Below, piece after piece: positions 56,201 through 64,000 of a DNA stretch of 64,000 bases. Made by a program: the position numbers and the translations under genes. How positions within the stretch are numbered: the stretch's first letter is position 1; each line of letters starts with the position of its first letter. The notes beneath the pieces were generated by a model that was not told the origin of the DNA, ran no database searches, and worked only from the letters and a program-made list of their open reading frames with translations. The DNA is from Mayamaea pseudoterrestris (taxonomy: Eukaryota): positions 62,001-126,000 of the forward strand of contig BROI01000015.1 in NCBI GenBank assembly GCA_027923505.1, given 5' to 3'.

Positions 56201-58830
56201 TAGGGGCGTTTGAATGTCACGTCAACTGCGGGCTGAGACTGGTGACAAGTTGTCACCAAATACATTGCCAACCCCTGAGTCACCAGCCAAGCCTACCATC
56301 TTGTAGCGCAGCCCGAATAATGATGTTGGCACCATTCTGGTGTATTTTGGGCACCTACAGGGCTTGCTGTAGGGGCGTTTGAATGTCACGACATCTGCGG
56401 GCTGAGACTGGTGACAAGTTGTCACCAAATACATTGCCAACCCCTGACACACCAGCCAGGCATACCATCGTGTACCGCAGCCTGAATAATGATGTTGGCA
56501 CCATTCTGGTGTATTTTGGGCACCTACAGGGCTAGCTGTAGGGGTGTTTGAATGTCAGGACATCTGCGGGCTGAGACTGGTGACAAGTTGTCACCAAATG
56601 CATTGCCATCCCCTGAGACACCAGCCAGGCATACCATCTTCTAGCGCAGCCTGAATAATGATGTTGGCACCATTCTGGTGTAATTTGGGCACCTACAGGG
56701 CCTGCTGTAGGGGCGTTTGAATGTCATGACATCTGCGGGCTGAGACTGGTGACAAGTTGTCACCAAATACATTGCCAATCCCTGACACACCAGCCAGGCA
56801 TACCATCGTGTACCGCAGCCTCAAAAATGATGTTGGCACCATTCTGGCGTATTTTGGGCACCTACAGGGCTTGCTGTAGGGGCATTTGAATGGCACGACA
56901 TCTGCAGAATGACTGGTGACAAGTTGTCACCAAATACATTTCCAACCCCTGACACACCAGCCAGGCATACCATCGTGTACCGCAGCCTCAAAAATGATGT
57001 TGGCACCATTCTGGCGTATTTTGGGCACCTACAGGGCTTGCTGTAGGGGTGTTTGAATGTCAGGACATCTGCGGGCTGAGACTGGTGACAAGTTGTCACC
57101 AAATGCATTGCCATCCCCTGAGACACCAGCCAGGCATACCATCTTCTAGCGCAGCCTGAATAATGATGTTGGCACCATTCTGGTGTAATTTGGGCACCTA
57201 CAGGGCCTGCTGTAGGGGCGTTTGAATGTCATGACATCTGCGGGCTGAGACTGGTGACAAGTTGTCACCAAATACATTGCCAACCCCTGAGACACCAGCC
57301 AAGCTTACCATCTTGTAGCGCAGCCTGAATAATGATGTTGGCACCATTCTGGTGTATTTTGGGCACCTACAGGGCTTGCTGTAGGGGTGTTTGAATGTCA
57401 TGACATCTGCGGGCTGAGACTGGTGACAAGTTGTCACCAAATACATTGCCATCCCCTGAGACACCAGCCAGGCATACTATCTTGTAGCGCAGCCTGAATA
57501 ATGATGTTGGCGCCATTCTGGTGTATTTTGGGCACCTACAGGGCTTGCTGTAGGGGCGTTTGAATGTCACGTCAACTGCGGGCTGAGACTGGTGACAAGT
57601 TGTCACCAAATACATTGCCAACCCCTGAGTCACCAGCCAAGCCTACCATCTTGTAGCGCAGCCCGAATAATGATGTTGGCACCATTCTGGTGTATTTTGG
57701 GCACCTACAGGGCTTGCTGTAGGGGCGTTTGAATGTCACGACATCTGCGGGCTGAGACTGGTGACAAGTTGTCACCAAATACATTGCCAACCCCTGACAC
57801 ACCAGCCAGGCATACCATCGTGTACCGCAGCCTGAATAATGATGTTGGCACCATTCTGGTGTATTTTGGGCACCTACAGCGCTTGCTGTAGGGGCCTTTG
57901 AATGTCACGACATCTGCGGGCTGAGACTGGTGACAAGTTGTCACCAAATACATTGCCATCCCCTGAGACACCAGCCAGGCATATCATCTTGTAGCGCAGC
58001 CTGAACAATGATGTTGGCACCATTCTGGTGTATTTTGGGCACCTACAGGGCTTGCTGTAGGGGTGTTTGAATGTCACGTCAACTGCGGGCTGAGACTGGT
58101 GACAAGTTGTCACCAAATACATTGCCAACCCCTGAGACACCAGCCAGGTAACTATCTTCTAGCGCAGCCTGAATAATGATGTTGGCACCATTCTGGCGTA
58201 TTTTGGGCACCTTCAGGGCTTGCTGTAGGGGCGTTTGAATGTCACGACATCTGCGGGCTGAGACTGGTGACAAGTTGTCACCAAATACATTGCCAACCCC
58301 TGACACACCAGCCAGGCATACCATCGTGTACCGCAGCCTCAAAAATGATGTTGGCACCATTCTGGTGTATTTTGGGCACATACAGGGCTTGCTGTAGGGG
58401 CGTTTGTATGTCACGATATCTGCGGGCTGAGGCTGGTGACAAGTAGTCACCAAATACATTGTCATCCCATGAGACACCAGCCAAGCCTACCATCTTGTAG
58501 CGCAGCCTGATTAATGATGTTGGCACCTTTCTGGTGTATTTTCGGCACCTACAGGGTTTGCTGTAGGGGCGTTTGAATGTCATGACATTTGCGGGCTGAG
58601 ACTGGTGACAAGTTGTCACCAAATACATTGCCTTTGCCTGAGACACCAGCCAAGCCTACCTCTTGTAGTGCCGCCTGAATAATGATGTTGGCACCATTTT
58701 GGTGCCCTGTAGGTGTGTCTGCAAGTCACGGCATCTGCGGGCTGAGACTGGTGACAAGTTGTCACCAATCACATTGCAGTCTACCGAGGGACCAGCCAGG
58801 CAACCCATCTTGTAGCGCACCTGAAAACAA
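50215..58830 (-). repeat. 169-bp satellite, reverse polarity, heterogeneous with local higher-order repeats; decays at ~58.7-58.83 kb
   Basis: 169-nt periodicity; recurrent variant combinations at offsets of 1019 and ~1350 bp. Confidence 0.96.
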
Positions 58831-59179
58831 GGTCGGCTGCCGCCGTTGGCACTGACCCAGTCTTTGGAGTTGGATATTAAGTAGCTATCCAACTATTGCC
58901 TGCCTACCGTAGCTTTACAGTAACAGCTTGTGCGGGACCTGTTCGCACGAGACTCTTCGTACCGTACTGTTCGCAAGAGACAGCGGTTGAGTAGCTATCC
59001 GTCAATTGCCACACGGGCGTCTCGCGCACTGTTTGCAAGATACAGCGGTTGGGTAGCTATGTGACAAACTATGTCGCAATGGGTTACGCACGCACAGACT
59101 CACTCACTCACTCACTCACGCACGCACACGTAAAACTTTTAACTCACTGAGCCCGTTCCGGGTCAGTGAAAGGATGTTA

Positions 59180-59270
59180 GCAATACACATGGCTCAAGGT
59201 ATGGGTATTTGAAAATGATGGCACCTGCTGGCTGAGACTGGGGACAAGTTTTCACCAACCACATTGTTGT
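59180..59270 (-). repeat. Isolated, highly diverged relic of the satellite monomer
   Basis: ggctgagactggggacaagttttcaccaaccacattg matches the satellite ggctgagactggtgacaagttgtcaccaaatacattg. Confidence 0.65.
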
Positions 59271-59584
59271 GCTGATAGGATGGTATAGTGACAACAAAAA
59301 GTTGTCCACAAGGGTGTGTGAAATATTGTTATACAGACTCATTTGTGACCCCAAGCACAGATCATCCCAGGAAAAATGCATGGGAGATGGAACTTACTCG
59401 GAGCCTGAGCGCATTAGATCAGCGCAGATTGTTACATATAAAGAGTTCATGTTGAGTTTCGGTGTGACTCGGTAACTTGAGCGGCACCCATTATTTACTT
59501 GTAGCGGTTCACTCCATGGTCCGTTTCCGCTACTGCAAATCTCAAATCACGTTCTTCCGCCAAAAATGTATTCAGTCTTCGATC

Positions 59585-61078
59585 ATGTCTATAACCCCAC
59601 CTAAAGTTCCATTAGTAAAAACATTGCTGAGACAATCTGGGACTGCAAAAAGTACAGGAAACAAAGCTATCCCATACGGCATCTGTTGGTCCAACGATGT
59701 GCTCATTCAACGGAACGACAGCAAGAGGTCCGTTTATCGATACCTGGCATCCGTGGCAGGTCGATACGTGACCATTCTTCGAACAAAAGTGCATTTCGAC
59801 ATGTGTTCTCCGAAAGATGGCACCCATAGCGAGTCTTTTAAAGTGTCACAATCGTATTTGGATCCTAATCACGACGAAGACCTTTATTGCTGCGTGTTCG
59901 CAGGAGAATGTCAAGCTCAACCATCTTTTTTGATAGACGAATCTATGACAGAAATCATGCCAATAGACAATGGCGGAGAAGACGACTGTGTATTTGCATA
60001 CGAAGCGTATCGCTCGTTGCCTCCTGCAAAACGAAAAAAACCATCCGACTATCAACCCTCGACTAGGACGAGCAATGGAAATGCCAATAGTTCCTGTCAG
60101 CTGCTCTGCGTAGCTGGCAAGTGCGGCTTTGTTAAAATCATTGACACCAGGAAACGCATTTTGCTTCATTCGCTGCGCTGTTTGGACGAGATATGGGATC
60201 TTCAGAAGTCACCAGCGAATGAATGGCTTATAGTTGGAGCATCGAAGGATACCACTGCTCGCATCTGGAACCTAGAAGATGGTGGTAGTCTTGTATACAT
60301 CTTGGGTGGACATGGTGGCCATCGCGACGCAGTTATTGCAGGTACGCCATAGGATCTTTCACCTTTATGTGCAAGCTAGCTGCTCTGCCACGCAATGCCA
60401 CGTTATTCCACTCACACAGCCCACCGTGTTGCAGCTTCATGGCATTCTTCCGGCGAATGGGTTGCGACTACCGGTATAGATACAAAGGTTAACGTCTGGA
60501 ACGTTGGGCGTTGTACACAGAAAGTATTTGATAACAAGAGTTCGAGCTTAACGTTTGCGTTGGGAAGGAGTCGGGACTTTGCGTGCGAGCGGCAGCATGA
60601 ACCAGCTTTTTCAACCGAGCTGATACACAATTGTGCCGTGGATGCTTTATGTTTTGTTGGCAATTGCATCATCAGCAAGAGTTGCGATGAAAGCATTGAG
60701 CTGTGGCTCCCTCGTGGTTTGTTTGGCGACGAAGCCATTGCTAGCGAAACGATAAAGACCGAATACAAGCACGTGCGTCATTTTCGTATACCTTTTGAGC
60801 ATCGTCTTTGGTACGTAAAGTTTGCGGTAGATCCTCTTTGTCGCTTGCTCGCTGCTGGAAACGACAAGGGCGAGGTGCATGTTTGGGAGATTTTCAATGG
60901 AACGACGGAGGGTCCACGCCAAGTCTTAACGACCTGCCCGACGAGGCAACCATCTTGCATCCGCGATGTCAAATTTTCTTGTGATGGCACAACATTGGCT
61001 GCGACCAATGATTCTGGGACTGTGACTAAATGGGACCTTATTGACCTTCAACATTTGTGGAAGCCAGAGCGATTATAA
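59585..61078 (+). CDS. EED: Polycomb PRC2 WD40 subunit EED/ESC/FIE-like; exons 59585-60341 and 60435-61078
   Basis: Motifs SYLDPNHDEDLYCC, GHGGHRDAVI, IHNCAVD...IISKSCD, LWYVKF...LAAGNDKG, IRDVKFS...DSGTVTKWD parallel EED/ESC. A 93-nt GT-AG intron (60342-60434) joins the two ORFs in frame. Start codon uncertain. Confidence 0.85.
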
Positions 61079-61352
61079 GAGAAATTGTTAGACAATACGG
61101 CCAGCCAAAGTATCTCTACCGCGAGGTTTGGCTATGATAATCAACGGGATGAAGCGACGGCTACTTGCTCTCTCTAAATGTAACTGTCTTCAGATTTGAA
61201 TTCCAACGCTGTCTTAGCGAATCTGAAACTTTTCCATTCTTTTAAGTTAAAAGTTGAAATATTGTAAAGCCGCATATACGATTTTATCTCCAGCCCACCT
61301 ACATCTTTCAAATCGGTAAGAGGCAATATACCCCGTCGATAAAGCAACGCCT

Positions 61353-62142
61353 TTACCGATTCGACGCTCGTCGTGGAGTATCCCTCGAGGGTGGCTTAAG
61401 AAAACCTCCACCTCCATTATTACTGTCACCGACACTTCCGCGTCGATTATCTTTGACTGGACCTGAAGAAGTACGACGACCAGCAACTTTAGAGACGGAA
61501 ATGTGAATCTTTTCACCGTCCTTGAGCGTGTAGTCCTTGGCAGGTTCGTCCTTTTCTCGTTTCTTCGCATGCTTTGCATCCTCTTCCGCTTGCTTTTCTC
61601 GCCGAGCATCCTCCAACGATGTGTTAAAGTCAAAAGCGTCATTTCTTTCGCTATGAAACGAAGCAAGTATAATGATCAGTTAATTTTGTGTGACGGGGAA
61701 CCAGTCGCAACTGATCACAACAATATGTCATGCTACACACAACACATCCTTGTCATAATACTTACTTGAAAGCCACGCCAATAAACATGTGTCTTCCCGT
61801 CGCACTTTCCACCCGCAGCACAAAGTATCGACTACTATCAACACATCGATCAACAGCGCCCTCCTTGACTGGGCAGACAGCGAAAATAGCGTTGGTATTT
61901 TTGTCAACTAGGAGAACAACCGTCAAGTTCCCTCGCTCCACAACCTTGAGAGTGCCTTGCCAAACTTCCTGATCCCAATCAGCGCCTCGCCATCCACCCG
62001 CTGTTTGTGCGGGTGGTAGCTTGAATACATGTGCGTCGGAAATGTTGCATCTGACCCGCTCGATCACTTCGGAATCTTCCAGTGAATGTAAATAGGCGGC
62101 TGCCTCGTTGGGGACGCCGGCTTGTTCCGCTGTCAGCGTCAT
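61353..62142 (-). CDS. NECAP: Adaptin ear-binding coat-associated protein (NECAP, PHear domain); exons 62142-61766 and 61650-61353
   Basis: VFKLPP...GWRGADW...WQG...DSSRYFVLR...FIGVAF; a GT-AG intron (61765-61651) restores FNERNDAFDFN. Confidence 0.92.
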
Positions 62143-62452
62143 GCTGTATGCAAATGCAAAATTGATTGTTACAGCAGAGACTACTAGTGACTGCTCTCGC
62201 CGAAAGTCAAACGCAAGTGATAAGATGGGACGAACGTAGAGAGGGAGAGGACGGCAGCAGACGATTGTGAGTTGCAAAATAAATGTGGCGCGCCACGAGG
62301 AGACGAGGGTCATTCACGAGGAAGGAGGCACGCGAAAGGAATGACCGAGTGTTTATCAAAACGTCATTAAGTCTTTCCAAATCTGCGAAATTTGTTGCTG
62401 CCATTCCACTCGCACCACACAAAGACAACATTATCATTCAATACTTTCCACC

Positions 62453-63466
62453 ATGGCCATGCGTCAAAGCACCGCCCGCGGCCAAATGACCCGCGGGGCC
62501 AACAGCGGCCCCGCAATCATGTTGATCCCGCCAGCAATTCGCGCAACGTTCATGCCAAATCCGCCTCTACAACATATCTTGCCAACACAGCTCCGTCGCA
62601 AGCATCCAATCACTGGCGTTTCTCACATTCTAAGTCACTTTGAAAAGGTTCCACCACCCGAGCGTATCGCAAAACTTACACCAGCAATGATCAAAAAGGA
62701 GAAACGAATTGCACAGGAAGAAAAACATCGCGCCGAGCTGTTACCCCTCATTGAAGCCTATCGCCTGGAGCAAAAGGAATCTGGCGGCACCTACAAGGGC
62801 ATGAATTGTTATAATACGCTCTTCGTCGGACGACTGGCTTACGAAGTGACGGAACGCAAATTGTTGCGCGAAATGGAAAGTTTTGGACCTGTCAAAGATA
62901 TTCGCATCGTCAAGGATCAGGACGGCAAGTCGCGTGGTTATGCCGTGGTTGAGTTTGAATTGGAGAATGACATGAAGCGAGCTTTTCGGGCGGCGGACGG
63001 CATGCGCATTGAAGGGCGGGAGATTGTAGTCGATGTTGAGCGCGGGCATACAGTGCCGGCGTGGTTGCCGAGGAGGCTGGGTGGTGGTCTCGGAGGAACT
63101 AGACTGGGAGGCAAGGCGGACAATGTCTGTCGGCCGGGACGTTTCGATCCATCACGGCCAGATGCTCCGCCTCCGGCAGCGGCAATCTTGCCTGGTAACA
63201 TTGGACGCGGTGGGCCTCCACCGTCAATGACGCAGCAGCAAGATTACCATCATCAAGGAATGGGCCGAGGAGGAGGCTTTAGAGACGGACCGCCTTCTCA
63301 TCATGGCGGCGGATGGGATCGAAATGGTGGAGGCGGAGGATATGGAGGGCCACCGCCGCCGCAAGATTGGGACCGCGGCGGTGGTGGTGGAGGATATGAT
63401 GATCGCAAGAGACGACGCTCTCGAACGCCGCCGCATGACAATCGAGATAGCAGACGTCGCTACTAG
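62453..63466 (+). CDS. SNRNP70: U1 snRNP 70 kDa protein
   Basis: RRM TLFVGRLAY...SRGYAVVEF followed by the signature VDVERGHTVPAWLPRRLGGGLGG; Gly/Arg/Asp-rich tail. Confidence 0.94.
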   Translation: MAMRQSTARGQMTRGANSGPAIMLIPPAIRATFMPNPPLQHILPTQLRRKHPITGVSHILSHFEKVPPPERIAKLTPAMIKKEKRIAQEEKHRAELLPLIEAYRLEQKESGGTYKGMNCYNTLFVGRLAYEVTERKLLREMESFGPVKDIRIVKDQDGKSRGYAVVEFELENDMKRAFRAADGMRIEGREIVVDVERGHTVPAWLPRRLGGGLGGTRLGGKADNVCRPGRFDPSRPDAPPPAAAILPGNIGRGGPPPSMTQQQDYHHQGMGRGGGFRDGPPSHHGGGWDRNGGGGGYGGPPPPQDWDRGGGGGGYDDRKRRRSRTPPHDNRDSRRRY

Positions 63467-63522
63467 TAGTCTATGCTTTAATGTATGCATGTTCTTGTAT
63501 TATTAGATGATATTGTGCGTTT

Positions 63523-64000
63523 TTAAATTGCGTCATGATTATCTTGCTTGGCCATAGTTATAATCGCTTGTTCTAGGAGCATCCATACTCGATCGGCGTC
63601 TTCGTCATTGACGATTCGATGAAAGACTCGCCCCGCAAACTCTGCTTGGTGCATTCCTTCCAGCGCGACTGGTCCTATATAATCATCATGTTCAATCGCA
63701 ACGCATGGTGCCTGTTGGCAGGCCCCCAAACAGGGGCATTCTTCAATCGTTACCATTGGAGCAGCGGCTTGGATTCGTTCATACAACGCCGAGTAGGTTG
63801 CAAATTCATCCAATTGCAAAACTTTGCGTTTCTGAGAGCATGCTTTTGAAGAACATGCCACAACCTTGAATTGACTGGCAATATTTGTATCAAGAGTTAG
63901 TTTGTAGACGTATTGGGCGTTACTCGCTCTTTCGGTATGCGAATGCCTGGTGTCTTTAGCGTCATGCGCATGGACGAGACGGCGGCTACAAGTTTGCGGC
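63523..64000 (-). CDS. Thioredoxin-like [2Fe-2S] ferredoxin-family protein, 5'-partial
   Basis: CSSKAC...CLGACQQAPCV cysteine pattern; the reading frame stays open to the window end. Confidence 0.6.
   Translation of the reverse strand, partial: PQTCSRRLVHAHDAKDTRHSHTERASNAQYVYKLTLDTNIASQFKVVACSSKACSQKRKVLQLDEFATYSALYERIQAAAPMVTIEECPCLGACQQAPCVAIEHDDYIGPVALEGMHQAEFAGRVFHRIVNDEDADRVWMLLEQAIITMAKQDNHDAI

Noticed and set aside
1..58830. Hundreds of repeated 60-220 aa ORFs (MSQGMAMYLVTTCHQ...)
   Set aside because: Translations of the 169-bp satellite; the period is not a multiple of 3, indels are frequent and no domain is evident.
59477..61078. Two separate WD40 genes or a frameshifted pseudogene
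   Set aside because: A canonical 93-nt GT-AG intron joins them in frame into one EED-like gene.

Overview
Eukaryotic DNA, plausibly from a diatom or other stramenopile (inferred from compact genes with short GT-AG introns, a copia element and TTAGGG repeats; not provable here). About 59 kb is a centromere-like domain built from a 169-bp, dyad-rich satellite. The satellite runs on + from 1 to ~19.9 kb and on - from 28.5 to 58.8 kb. At the polarity switch sits a young Ty1/copia LTR retrotransposon (one 2521-aa ORF). It has apparent AG...CT LTR termini, a half-tRNA-type PBS and an unexpected two-transmembrane, glycoprotein-like module between Gag and protease. Further right are a short interstitial TTAGGG tract, a second 172/180-bp dimeric repeat, and two head-to-head Ngaro-like tyrosine-recombinase (YR) retrotransposons (gag-like ORF, RT/RNase H, YR; split direct repeats A1...B1-A2-B2). 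Copy 1 has intact ORFs. Copy 2 is degraded and interrupts a satellite monomer cleanly with no target-site duplication. The last 5 kb is ordinary gene-dense sequence: an EED/ESC/FIE-like PRC2 subunit, NECAP, U1-70K and a partial thioredoxin-like [2Fe-2S] protein. Patches at ~5.9-20.2 kb and within YR copy 2 look like low-quality consensus, so the junction at ~20.2 kb needs read-level confirmation.
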